Positions 1 to 8,781 of a stretch of 63,426 nt of DNA are shown here, one piece after another. This stretch comes from an uncultured Eubacteriales bacterium (lineage in GTDB: Bacteria; Bacillota; Clostridia; Lachnospirales; Lachnospiraceae). The DNA is taken from contig ONFL01000035.1 in the NCBI GenBank assembly GCA_900317095.1, positions 1 through 63,426 of the forward strand. The letters run 5' to 3'. Under the pieces are notes generated by a model. That model was not told the origin of the DNA and made no database searches. It saw nothing but the letters and a program-made list of their open reading frames with translations. Each line of letters begins with the position of its first letter. The first letter of the stretch is position 1. A program made the translations under genes and the position numbers.

Positions 1-12
1 GGAGGGATGTTC

Positions 13-243
13 ATGGATATTGCTGCAGACGATATTATTAAAATGAAGAAAAAGCATCCGTGCGGGGGCTTTGAATGGAAGGTGCTGCGTTTCGGCGCGG
101 ATTTCCGCCTGGAATGCTGCTGCTGCGGCCGGCAGGTCATGATGCCCCGCAGGCAGGTGGAGAAGAACATCAAGACGGTCACCAGGAATGGCATGCAGAT
201 TTTTCCTCCGTCGGGGAATGTGCCCGCCGGCCCGGGGAAATGA
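13..243 (+). CDS. DUF951-family small Cys-rich protein
   Basis: ORF 7..243. The pattern KKKHPCGG..W.VLR.GADFRLEC..CGR.VMMPR is typical of DUF951 proteins, which often precede rpsF in Firmicutes. GGAGGG at 1-6 favours the ATG at 13 over the ATG at 7. Confidence 0.7.
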   Translation: MDIAADDIIKMKKKHPCGGFEWKVLRFGADFRLECCCCGRQVMMPRRQVEKNIKTVTRNGMQIFPPSGNVPAGPGK

Positions 244-364
244 ATGAAGAAAATGCTTGCATTACCCAGATATTTAGGTTAAAATGAATATCTGTGATAT
301 GTCAACAAAATCCTTGCTCTCTGCACGGCAGAGAGCCGCAAGTCCAAAGGGAGGTGCACAAAGC

Positions 365-652
365 ATGAGCAAATACGAATTAGCAGTAGTTCTTACTACA
401 AAGATTGAAGATGATCAGAGAGCAGCTGCCATCGAGAAGATCAAAGATCTCATCGCGCGTTTTGGCGGTACAGTTACCAACGTTGATGAGTGGGGCAAGA
501 AGAGACTTGCTTATGAGATCCAGAAGATGAAAGAAGGCTTCTACTATTTCATTACTTTCGAGGCTGAACCTACCTGTCCGGGTGAAATCGAACAGCGTAT
601 GCGTATTATGGATAATGTCATCAGATATTTATGCATTAAACAGGACGCTTAA
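365..652 (+). CDS. rpsF: 30S ribosomal protein S6
   Basis: MSKYELAVVL...WGKKRLAYEIQK..GFYYFI is the S6 signature. Internal ATG at 365 follows AAGGGAGGTG. Sits in the conserved rpsF-ssb-rpsR order. Confidence 0.95.
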   Translation: MSKYELAVVLTTKIEDDQRAAAIEKIKDLIARFGGTVTNVDEWGKKRLAYEIQKMKEGFYYFITFEAEPTCPGEIEQRMRIMDNVIRYLCIKQDA

Positions 653-683
653 TCTATTTATTTAGAAAAGGAGCAGGCCTAAA

Positions 684-1142
684 GTGAATAAAGTTGTATT
701 AATGGGAAGACTTACCAGAGATCCCGATATCAGATACTCACAGAGTGAGAAGCAGACAGCCATCGCAAGATATACACTTGCCGTGGACCGTACCTTCAAG
801 CGCGAGGGAGAGCCTACCGCGGATTTTATCAGCTGTGTGGCTTTCGGCGCCAGAGCGCAGTTTGCTGAAAAGTATCTGAGAAAAGGTGTCAAGATCGCCA
901 TATCCGGAAGGATCCAGACAGGGCGTTACACCAATCGGGAGGGAGCAACAGTCTATACTACAGATGTTATTGTAGAGGACCAGGAGTTTGCTGAGAGCAA
1001 GGCAGTCAGCGACCGCAGCAGAAGCGAGTTCGCGGCCGGCTACAGGGATCAGGCAGCTTCCGCGCCTGAACCGTCAGGTGCTCCCGCAGATGGATTTATG
1101 AATATTCCCGATTCAATCGACGACGGACTTCCTTTTAACTAA
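684..1142 (+). CDS. ssb: Single-stranded DNA-binding protein
   Basis: GTG start after [23 protein letters not shown]-fold N-terminus, and the acidic C-terminal tip DDGLPF typical of SSB. Confidence 0.95.
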   Translation: MNKVVLMGRLTRDPDIRYSQSEKQTAIARYTLAVDRTFKREGEPTADFISCVAFGARAQFAEKYLRKGVKIAISGRIQTGRYTNREGATVYTTDVIVEDQEFAESKAVSDRSRSEFAAGYRDQAASAPEPSGAPADGFMNIPDSIDDGLPFN

Positions 1143-1174
1143 GGGACAGGGCCGTAGACAAAGGAGGTAATGAG

Positions 1175-1435
1175 ATGCCGTATAATAGAGAAGACAGCGG
1201 TAGAGGCATGAGAAGAAGACCTATGCGCAGAAGGAGAAAAGTCTGCATTTACTGCGTTGACAAGAACGCGGTAATTGATTATAAAGATGTTGCGAAACTG
1301 AGAAGATATATCTCCGAGAGAGGTAAGATCCTTCCCAGAAGAATCACAGGAAACTGCGCAAAGCACCAGAGAAAGGTTACTACAGCCATCAAGAGAGCAA
1401 GACATCTTGCAATGATGCCGTATATCGCGGACTGA
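1175..1435 (+). CDS. rpsR: 30S ribosomal protein S18
   Basis: RRRKVCIYC...IDYKD...[24 protein letters not shown] is the S18 signature. RBS AAAGGAGG upstream. Confidence 0.95.
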   Translation: MPYNREDSGRGMRRRPMRRRRKVCIYCVDKNAVIDYKDVAKLRRYISERGKILPRRITGNCAKHQRKVTTAIKRARHLAMMPYIAD

Positions 1436-1460
1436 TTTCGGCTTTCAAAGGAAACAGCGG

Positions 1461-1492
1461 GCTCCCGGTTATAAACCGGGGGCTTTTTTTGT
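1461..1492 (+). terminator. Rho-independent terminator after rpsR
   Basis: Stem gctcccggt / accgggggc with a 5-nt loop, followed by TTTTTTT. Confidence 0.7.
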
Positions 1493-1558
1493 TTTCCGGC
1501 AGCCTTTTGATGTATGCGGGCACTTATGGTATACTAAACGGATAAGGAGGGTAAGGCT

Positions 1559-2032
1559 ATGGGAGATTTTCTGAACGAAGATATCAAGAAGGAACAGGTT
1601 CCGATAGAGACACTGGATGTGATGGAGCCGAAGATGCTGATCAATGACCCGCTTCAGGTCATCTATATCAATGAGGCATGTGAGGAGAAGATCCTGGAAG
1701 AGAAGGACTCCGTGCAGGCAAAGGAATATGAGAAGGCCAAAGCGGATTACCCGGGTTATGTGACCAGGCTGCGCCGGCTTCCGGTGACGATCGATTTTAT
1801 GAAGCGTTACTCCTTACTGACGCATGACAGCTTCATGCTGGACCTGATCAAAAGGAAGGAAGATCTTCTGCGCAGCGGCGGAGATCAGTATGAGGTGAAT
1901 GCTCTGTATGCGTTTGCGAATATGTTCCTGGCCCGCAATCCCCAGTGTAAGAATGTGTTCAAGATGACCCGCAAGATGGATGAGTATGAGAAGGCTCATC
2001 CTGAGATGAAGACAAAGGACAGCCAGAACTAA
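1559..2032 (+). CDS. Hypothetical soluble protein (157 aa)
   Basis: ORF with RBS AAGGAGGG 8 nt upstream. No motif I recognise. It lies between rpsR and gdpP. Confidence 0.6.
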   Translation: MGDFLNEDIKKEQVPIETLDVMEPKMLINDPLQVIYINEACEEKILEEKDSVQAKEYEKAKADYPGYVTRLRRLPVTIDFMKRYSLLTHDSFMLDLIKRKEDLLRSGGDQYEVNALYAFANMFLARNPQCKNVFKMTRKMDEYEKAHPEMKTKDSQN

Positions 2033-2145
2033 AGTGTTCTGGAGCACAGGACGGTAAACATTCGCTTTACCCTTCTGTCAGACAATGGTATACTACTTAT
2101 ACTGCATGTTTTTGTGACATGGCAGAATAAGAGGTTTATTCATTT

Positions 2146-4179
2146 ATGAGAAAAGTAAAGTTAAAGGGACGCCTGCGTCTGTTTATGGCATGGCCGGTCG
2201 TTCTCGGCTGCGTGTTCGCTGTGGCCGCGGTGCTGGCTTTCATGGTGAGCTTCCGCGCCGGGCTGATCATGCTGGCCTGCCTGTTTCTTTATATTGCGGC
2301 GGCATCGGTGCTGATGTTCTATGTCCGCAGCGATATAGTGGCGGAGATCGTAAAGTTTTCCACCGAGCTGTCAGATGTACACCGCCTGTTTATAAAGAAG
2401 GCGGACGTTCCCTATGCGCTTATGGACGGCGAGGGCCGGCTTCTCTGGGCAAATGAACGCCTGCAGGATCTGCTGGAGGATTTCAGCCTCATGAAACCCA
2501 TCTCGGACTGGATTCCTTCCATCCGCATAAAGGATATGCAGGAGAGGGATTCCGAGACGGTGCATTTTCGCTATGAGGACCGCCATTATATAGGACAGAT
2601 CGCCCGGCTTGATTATGAAGGGAAGGTTTCCGGAAGCAGGATCCTGGAGATCCCGCAGGGAGCCTATCCTGTTTTCGGCATGTATCTGACTGATGAGACA
2701 GAGGTCGTTCAGATACGCAAGGCGATCTACAGCGAGAAGCTGGTGTGCGGCATTATCCTGGTGGACAATTACGAGGAAGCCCTCAACAGCACCGAGGAGG
2801 TCAGGCGTGCGCTCCTTTCCGCACTGGTAGAGAGAAAGATCACAAAATATCTGCAGAATTATGACGCGATCGTTGATAAACTGGAGAAGGACCGCTATAT
2901 GTTCGTGATGCGGCAGAAGTTCCTGCCCAGCCTGCAGAGTTCAAAGTTTTCCATTCTCGATGATGTGCGGGCTATCAATATCGGCAACGAGATGAATATG
3001 ACTCTGAGTATCGGGCTCGGCGCCAACGGCGGCAGCTATACCCAGTCGCTTGAGTGGGCCAAGCACGCGCTTGACCTGGCCCTGGGCCGCGGCGGCGACC
3101 AGGCCGTCGTCAAGGACGGAGACAAGATGACTTCCTACGGCGGCAAGACAAAGCAGGTGGAGAAGTCTACCCGGGTCCGCGCCAGAGTTAAGGCGCACGC
3201 GCTCCGCCAGGTCATCGAAGGCCGGGACAATGTGCTGATCATGGGTCATCAGATCGGAGACGCTGACTGTTTCGGAGCTGCGGTCGGTATCTACAGGGCG
3301 GCACATATCCTGCACAAGAAAGCGAATATTGTTATCAATGAAGTGACCACTTCTGTGCGGCCCCTGATGCAGCCTTTCCTGAACAATCCGGATTATCTGG
3401 ACGATATGTTTATCACCGGTGAGGCGGCAGGGACGCTTGTGGGCCCCGGCACCGCGGTGGTGGTTGTAGATGTGAATACAGCGGGGAGAGTGGAAGAGCC
3501 CGCCCTCCTGCAGAAGGCCCATACGGTCGTGGTGATCGACCATCACCGGCAGAGCGGGAATTACATTGAAAATCCTGTTCTTTCTTATATAGAACCTTAT
3601 GCTTCGTCGGCCTGTGAGATGGTGACAGAGATCCTGCAGTATATTGCGGATAATGTAAAGCTTCGTCCGGAAGAAGCAGACGCGCTTTATTCAGGTATTG
3701 TGATCGATACCAATAATTTCCTCAATGAGACCGGCGTGCGCACATTCGAAGCGGCGGCCTTTCTGAGGAGGAGCGGCGCCGATGCAGGCAGAGTCCGGCT
3801 CAAGCTAAGGGATGACATGAATACGTTCAAGGCCCGGTCCAGGGCTGTAGGCGACGCGATGATAGACGGCGCCTACGCCTATGCTGTCTGTGACGCCAGA
3901 GGCCTGCGCGCGCCGAATGTGGTCGGAGCGCAGATTGCCAATGAACTGCTCAATATAGACGGCATCGAGGCCTCTTTTGTATTTACCCAGGTGGAAGATG
4001 TTGTATTTATCAGTGCCCGTTCCCTGGACAGCATGAATGTCCAGCTGGTTATGGAACGGCTGGGCGGCGGCGGCCATTCGACCATCGCCGGGGCACAGCT
4101 GCATGACGTGACGGCACAGGAAGCCATCGCGAAGGTCAAGGCTGTTGTCCGCGAGATGAAAACGGAAGGAGATATTTAG
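2146..4179 (+). CDS. gdpP: Cyclic-di-AMP phosphodiesterase GdpP/YybT-like (2 TM, PAS-like, degenerate GGDEF, DHH/DHHA1)
   Basis: Two N-terminal hydrophobic helices. DHH-family motifs (IMGHQIGDADCFG, VVVIDHHRQS, GGGGHSTIAGAQ). Conserved position upstream of rplI and dnaB. Confidence 0.85.
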   Translation: MRKVKLKGRLRLFMAWPVVLGCVFAVAAVLAFMVSFRAGLIMLACLFLYIAAASVLMFYVRSDIVAEIVKFSTELSDVHRLFIKKADVPYALMDGEGRLLWANERLQDLLEDFSLMKPISDWIPSIRIKDMQERDSETVHFRYEDRHYIGQIARLDYEGKVSGSRILEIPQGAYPVFGMYLTDETEVVQIRKAIYSEKLVCGIILVDNYEEALNSTEEVRRALLSALVERKITKYLQNYDAIVDKLEKDRYMFVMRQKFLPSLQSSKFSILDDVRAINIGNEMNMTLSIGLGANGGSYTQSLEWAKHALDLALGRGGDQAVVKDGDKMTSYGGKTKQVEKSTRVRARVKAHALRQVIEGRDNVLIMGHQIGDADCFGAAVGIYRAAHILHKKANIVINEVTTSVRPLMQPFLNNPDYLDDMFITGEAAGTLVGPGTAVVVVDVNTAGRVEEPALLQKAHTVVVIDHHRQSGNYIENPVLSYIEPYASSACEMVTEILQYIADNVKLRPEEADALYSGIVIDTNNFLNETGVRTFEAAAFLRRSGADAGRVRLKLRDDMNTFKARSRAVGDAMIDGAYAYAVCDARGLRAPNVVGAQIANELLNIDGIEASFVFTQVEDVVFISARSLDSMNVQLVMERLGGGGHSTIAGAQLHDVTAQEAIAKVKAVVREMKTEGDI

Positions 4180-4629
4180 ATGAAAGTTATTTTACTGGAA
4201 GATGTCCGTTCTCTTGGGAAAAAGGGAGATCTGGTCAAGGTAAACGATGGATACGCGAGAAATTATATCATCCCCAAGAAGCTTGGCGTTGAGGCTACCA
4301 ATAAGAGCATCAACGATCTGAAGCTGAAGAAGGCCAGCGAGGCGAAGAAGGCCCAGGAGCTGTATGAGGCAGCTCTTGCCTTCAAGGAGGATGTGAAGGA
4401 TAAGTCCGTAACGATCCCGATCCGTGCAGGAGAGGGCGGAAGAGTATTCGGTTCCGTCTCTTCCAAGGAGATCGCGTCCGCGTGGAAGGAGCAGCTGGGA
4501 ATCGAGATCGACAAGAAGAAGCTTGTCCAGGAAGAGGCGATCAAGGCCCTGGGTGTCTATAATGTGCCTTACCGGGTTCATCCCAAGGTAACCGCAGAGC
4601 TGAAAGTAAGAGTTGTAGCCGCGCAGTGA
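4180..4629 (+). CDS. rplI: 50S ribosomal protein L9
   Basis: MKVILLEDV..LGKKGD.V.V.DGYARNYIIPKKLG is the L9 N-terminal signature. Confidence 0.95.
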   Translation: MKVILLEDVRSLGKKGDLVKVNDGYARNYIIPKKLGVEATNKSINDLKLKKASEAKKAQELYEAALAFKEDVKDKSVTIPIRAGEGGRVFGSVSSKEIASAWKEQLGIEIDKKKLVQEEAIKALGVYNVPYRVHPKVTAELKVRVVAAQ

Positions 4630-4645
4630 GCGGGGAGGAATGCAC

Positions 4646-5980
4646 ATGCCGGCGGAAGAAGCCGTTATAAAAAGAATACTGCCGCATAACATTGACGCGG
4701 AGAAGGCTGTCATCGGTTCCATGCTTATGGATGTGGAAGCGGTGGCAGCCGCTGCAGAAGAGATCACACCGGAAGACTTTTATCAGAAGCAGTACGGTGT
4801 GATTTTTGAAACCATGCTGGAACTGTATGACGAGGGAAGCTCCATAGATGTGGTAACGCTCTCAGAGAGGCTGGGCCGTAAGGATGTGCCCGCAGAATTC
4901 TGCAGCGTCGCGTTTTTCGCAGACCTGATGAACAGTGTGCCGACCTCTGCCAACATCCGGCAGTATGCGAAAGCCGTGGCGGAGGACGCCCAGCTGCGCC
5001 GGATCATCCGGGTGAATGAGGAGATTGCCGCCGCCTGCTATGAGCACAGGCAGAGCGTGGACGACATTATGGGGGAGACGGAAAAGAAGATCTTTGACGT
5101 CCTTCAGAAAAAGCAGTCGGACGATATTGAGCCGATCGAGAATATTGTCCTGAAAGTGATAGATAAGGTGGAGCGGGCTGCCCGGCATAAGGGCAATGTC
5201 ACCGGTCTCGCGACGGGCTTTTATGACCTGGACTATAAGACATCGGGTCTGCAGCCCTCGGATCTGATCCTGATCGCGGCCAGGCCTTCCATGGGCAAGA
5301 CGGCATTTGCCCTCAATCTTGTGCAGTATATTACTATCCGCAATAAGGTGCCTTCCGTGATCTTCAGCCTGGAGATGTCGCGGGACCAGCTGGTCAACCG
5401 TCTGCTGTCAATGGAATCCCGGGTAGATGCCCAGATGCTGAGGACCGGCAATCTCAAGCCCTCCGACTGGGAGAAGATCATGGAGAGTGCCGGCGATATT
5501 GCTTCCGCGCCGCTGGTGATAGACGATACACCAGGCATTACCATCGCCGAACTGAGGTCCCGCTGCCGCAAGCTGAAGCTGGAGAAGAATATCGGTCTGG
5601 TCGTGATAGATTACCTGCAGCTGATGAGCGGCGGAGGCCGCCATGAATCCCGGCAGAATGAAATCTCGGAGATTTCCCGGTCCCTGAAGGCGGTAGCCAG
5701 AGAGATCGGCGCGCCGGTCATCGCCCTGTCCCAGCTGAGCCGGGCCTGCGAGCTGCGCCCTGACCACCGGCCGATCCTTTCGGATCTGCGTGAATCCGGA
5801 GCCATAGAACAGGATGCCGATGTTGTTATGTTCCTTTACCGGGATGATTACTACGACCACAATTCTCCAAAGAAGAATATATCAGAGGTCATCATCGCCA
5901 AGCAGCGTAACGGTCCGATCGGGACGACGGAGCTGGTATGGCTGCCGAATTATACAAAATTTGCAAATAAAGAAAGGTAA
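4646..5980 (+). CDS. dnaB: Replicative DNA helicase (DnaB family)
   Basis: N-terminal LPHNIDAEKAVIGSML. Walker A ARPSMGKTAFALN. VVIDYLQLM, and the RecA-like C-terminus EQDADVVMFLYRDDYY. ORF opens at 4640, but the ATG at 4646 has better spacing to GGGGAGGA. Confidence 0.95.
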   Translation: MPAEEAVIKRILPHNIDAEKAVIGSMLMDVEAVAAAAEEITPEDFYQKQYGVIFETMLELYDEGSSIDVVTLSERLGRKDVPAEFCSVAFFADLMNSVPTSANIRQYAKAVAEDAQLRRIIRVNEEIAAACYEHRQSVDDIMGETEKKIFDVLQKKQSDDIEPIENIVLKVIDKVERAARHKGNVTGLATGFYDLDYKTSGLQPSDLILIAARPSMGKTAFALNLVQYITIRNKVPSVIFSLEMSRDQLVNRLLSMESRVDAQMLRTGNLKPSDWEKIMESAGDIASAPLVIDDTPGITIAELRSRCRKLKLEKNIGLVVIDYLQLMSGGGRHESRQNEISEISRSLKAVAREIGAPVIALSQLSRACELRPDHRPILSDLRESGAIEQDADVVMFLYRDDYYDHNSPKKNISEVIIAKQRNGPIGTTELVWLPNYTKFANKER

Positions 5981-6043
5981 GAAGCCGCGGGGCCTCTTAC
6001 CTTTTCTTTATATTCCGGAATATTGCAGCTCAGGGGCGGGGAA

Positions 6044-6268
6044 TTAAGCTTCCGGAGCCTGGTCTGCAGCAACGATCTTGTTGATCTCCTGAACAAGTAC
6101 AGTGGGATCGATTCCATGTACATAGGATGCCTGCTCAATGCTCTCGTTCAGAGAAGCGGGGCAGCCGATGCAGTGCATGCCGATCTGCATAAGCAGGGGG
6201 ACAACGTTCGGATCTATTTTAATAAGGTCACCAATCAGTGTATCTTTTGTGATTGCAGTTGCTTCCAT
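6044..6268 (-). CDS. DUF1858 / hybrid-cluster-associated redox disulfide-type small protein
   Basis: Internal ATG at 6268 follows AGGAGAAAG. ITKDTLIGDL......P.L...GMHCIGCPAS..ESIEQA...HGID matches the DUF1858 pattern. Confidence 0.7.
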   Translation of the reverse strand: MEATAITKDTLIGDLIKIDPNVVPLLMQIGMHCIGCPASLNESIEQASYVHGIDPTVLVQEINKIVAADQAPEA

Positions 6269-6458
6269 AATCTTTCTCCTTTCGTTCCGTATACGCGGAT
6301 TTTTAACTATTATAGTATAGCTAATGTTGATTTGCAAGGTCTATAATCGGTTTTTTTTATTGATTTTTATTCTGCAATCTTCTTGTAATAACCCCTGAGA
6401 TGGTATAGAATAAGAAAGACGAAAATTATTATTCTATATCATTAGGAGGTCGTTTATC

Positions 6459-6629
6459 ATGGCATATGTTATTGGAAGCAGCTGCATTTCTTGTGGTACC
6501 TGTGAGCCGGAATGCCCGGTAGGAGCTATCTCTCAGGGAGATACTCAGTTCAACATTGATGCTAACAGCTGCATCGATTGCGGAACCTGTGCCGGTGTCT
6601 GTCCTACAGGCGCTATCGAGCAGGGCTGA
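6459..6629 (+). CDS. fdx: Clostridial-type 2x[4Fe-4S] ferredoxin (56 aa; absent from the ORF track)
   Basis: My translation is MAYVIGSSCISCGTCEPECPVGAISQGDTQFNIDANSCIDCGTCAGVCPTGAIEQG. It has two CxxCxxCxxxCP motifs, RBS AGGAGG 8 nt upstream and a strong terminator downstream. The opposite-strand ORF 6429..6671 is an artefact. Confidence 0.9.
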   Translation: MAYVIGSSCISCGTCEPECPVGAISQGDTQFNIDANSCIDCGTCAGVCPTGAIEQG

Positions 6630-6666
6630 TCGAAGAGCGTATCGGTTATTATTGTTGAAGCGAGGA

Positions 6667-6700
6667 GCCATATCCGCATGCGGATATGGCTTTTTCTTTT
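6667..6700 (+). terminator. Rho-independent terminator after ferredoxin
   Basis: Perfect hairpin gccatatccgc/gcggatatggc followed by TTTTTCTTTT. Confidence 0.8.
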
Positions 6701-6760
6701 ATGGGGAGCGGACAAGAGGAACGTGCGCGGACTGATCCGCCAGCGGAATGATGGACAGTA

Positions 6761-6792
6761 AAAAAATAAAAAAACCGCCGTATTCCGGCGGT
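6761..6792 (-). terminator. Rho-independent terminator of mecA
   Basis: On the minus strand, stem accgccg/cggcggt is followed by a U-run (A-run 6761-6773 on plus), 10 nt after the mecA stop. Confidence 0.7.
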
Positions 6793-6801
6793 TTGGAATT
6801 G

Positions 6802-7581
6802 TTACAGACTGCGGAGGATCTGCAGGGCGCGGCTGCGGATCATCATCGTGTAATGTTCGTCATAGTAATAGAGAGTGTTCCGGCTCGCCCTGACCGGTCT
6901 GCCGAATTCTGAAGCCGCGGCGCTGGCCGCGTAGAAAGCAGGACTGCCGGGCTGGCCTGAAGAAAGGATCAGATAATAGATCCCCGCCGCGTCATTGCGG
7001 TAAATGACGCTCTCAAAGCCGGAGTCTTCGGGTACAAGCTGAGCGAGTCTGCTGATCTCTTCCATGCTGTAGAAAGAATAAATGCGCAGCAGGGTCGAGC
7101 CTTCCCGTCCGGTCTGCTCCGTGTCCGGTCTGCTTTCCGGCCTTTCACTCTTCGGTTCTGCCTGCTGGCGGACAGAATTCTTCATGCTGTCAGGAACAAA
7201 GGGCTTGCCGGTAACAATATTGCTGGAGAGCTGGCGCAGAACATCCGCGTACATATTGTCCGGGCTTTCGTCTGCGGCCTGCGCGTCTTCCGGGGCAGGT
7301 GTAAAGCGGGCGAAGCGGGTATCTATCTCCTCCGGGTCCTCTACTCTGGTGATCAGAAGAATGATGCATTCATCTGAAAAAGGAACCGCCTCGATCAGGA
7401 GAGGTTCATTATCCGTCTCGAATCCCAGCTCGTCAGAAGCCCGGTGCATCATCTCCTGAAAAAGCTTCCTGGCGCGGGCAGAGCCATAGGCAAGTTCACT
7501 GATCTTAAGCTGGCGCTGGGCAAGATCATTCTTCGTAAGCATGCAGCGAATCTGATTGTCGCTGATCTGTTCCAGTTTCAA
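6802..7581 (-). CDS. mecA: Adaptor protein MecA
   Basis: (M)KLEQISDNQIRCMLTKNDL..R......L.......KLF.EMM resembles the MecA N-domain, and the central region is acidic. Proposed TTG start at 7581 lies 7 nt after GGAGGA. The longer ORF to 7662 has no RBS. Confidence 0.7.
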   Translation of the reverse strand: MKLEQISDNQIRCMLTKNDLAQRQLKISELAYGSARARKLFQEMMHRASDELGFETDNEPLLIEAVPFSDECIILLITRVEDPEEIDTRFARFTPAPEDAQAADESPDNMYADVLRQLSSNIVTGKPFVPDSMKNSVRQQAEPKSERPESRPDTEQTGREGSTLLRIYSFYSMEEISRLAQLVPEDSGFESVIYRNDAAGIYYLILSSGQPGSPAFYAASAAASEFGRPVRASRNTLYYYDEHYTMMIRSRALQILRSL

Positions 7582-7605
7582 TTCATCATCCTCCGTTTCG
7601 GTAAC

Positions 7606-7634
7606 ATTATATCTGTAAAATAATAGGCTGTAAA
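7606..7634 (-). promoter_or_regulatory. Putative sigma-A promoter of mecA (TTTACA-N17-TATAAT)
   Basis: Read on the minus strand, TTTACA (7629-7634), a 17-nt spacer and TATAAT (7606-7611), about 25 nt upstream of the TTG start. Confidence 0.5.
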
Positions 7635-7695
7635 GCCTGAATTGAACTTTCGGGATCCTCATTTTACGGCAGAACCGGACCCTGCCGCCGGAAAG

Positions 7696-7712
7696 TGTCG
7701 AAACGTGTCGAA
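7696..7712 (+). promoter_or_regulatory. Tandem perfect Spo0A boxes TGTCGAA-acg-TGTCGAA
   Basis: Two exact matches to the 0A-box consensus TGTCGAA, as a direct repeat with a 3-bp spacer (10 bp start to start). They lie in the mecA / 8088-gene intergenic region. Confidence 0.55.
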
Positions 7713-7978
7713 CAATGATGATTGAGAAGCCGCTGAATCTTTGCTAGTATAAAATCAGTTCCCGGGGACAGGACAGCTATGATGGAACAAGCCATGAAAG
7801 ACTGGATTTCAGAGGTTTTTTGAGACATATCGCGTAAAAAAAGCCTTCAGGATTAAAAAAAGAGCGCAAAAACCGGCCGGAAATTGTAAAAAAAGGGAGT
7901 GAGGTGGGAAATTCATCAAAAAAACTGGCAAAAAGTGACATTTAATCCCTTAAAAAGGCAGAATATTGCCCATATATG

Positions 7979-8008
7979 TTGCCGTATCTATACTTATGTA
8001 GTATAATA
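7979..8008 (+). promoter_or_regulatory. Putative sigma-A promoter (TTGCCG-N17-TATAAT)
   Basis: TTGCCG at 7979 and TATAAT at 8003, 80 nt upstream of the ATG at 8088. Confidence 0.45.
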
Positions 8009-8087
8009 TGTGGACAAGAACTGCAGAAAGCATGCGTATCTGCGGCATTTCCAGGCCGCGGATACCGCATGGCAATCGGAGGATTAT

Positions 8088-8732
8088 ATGAACAGGAAGC
8101 CAGTCAGACCGAAAGGGGCGGCTTTGCGCCGGTTTGCGTTTATTCTGTGGACTCTGGCAGGTGTACTGGCAGCGGCACAGGTCGTCTGCCTTCTTTTCTG
8201 GCGGGATCCATGGGTAACCCACACGGTTGACGCAGACACGACGGATATCGGTACGCTGGAAGGCTATGCCCGGGGCCATGCTCCGTATGTAAGCATTAAG
8301 AATATTGACCTGGCTTTTACCGGATATTACGAGGTCGATGCCGGCCAGCAGGTTTGTATCTACTGGTACAAGGGGAATGTCGGTGGAAAGGATATTCTTG
8401 TGGATGTCCCGGCTGAGGACGGCGGCGAGCTGATCCGGAAGAAGGATGCGCGGGAATCTTTTTTGAAGGCGTATTCTGCCGAGGGGAAAGTCTCGGCAAA
8501 TGATGAGATCGTAAAGACCCTGGCGGATCTTGAGGGAATAAGTATTCAGGCTTATCGGGACAAGTATGGCCTGTCAGGCTTGCAGATCGATGTATTTCAT
8601 AATGATCAGGAACGGGTGCAGATCTATCAGCTGATGCTGATCATCATTATAGCCGGACTGGCTGTATCAGGACTGATATTCTATGCGGAGAGCAGAAGGA
8701 CATCGGAAGTTCCGCAAGAGAAGGATAGTTGA
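8088..8732 (+). CDS. Hypothetical membrane-anchored protein (N- and C-terminal TM helices)
   Basis: Internal ATG at 8088 after GGAGGA. Hydrophobic helix FAFILWTLAGVLAAAQVVCLLF and C-terminal helix LMLIIIIAGLAVSGLIFY. Confidence 0.6.
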   Translation: MNRKPVRPKGAALRRFAFILWTLAGVLAAAQVVCLLFWRDPWVTHTVDADTTDIGTLEGYARGHAPYVSIKNIDLAFTGYYEVDAGQQVCIYWYKGNVGGKDILVDVPAEDGGELIRKKDARESFLKAYSAEGKVSANDEIVKTLADLEGISIQAYRDKYGLSGLQIDVFHNDQERVQIYQLMLIIIIAGLAVSGLIFYAESRRTSEVPQEKDS

Positions 8733-8781
8733 TGATGGCGCAGCCGGAACAGTTCCGGTATCCGCAGGAAAGGATTGACAG

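Noticed and set aside
7779-7823. 14-codon mini-ORF (MMEQAMKDWISEVF) downstream of the tandem 0A boxes.
   Set aside because: The Shine-Dalgarno is weak and there is no way to judge conservation. It is too short to call without expression data.
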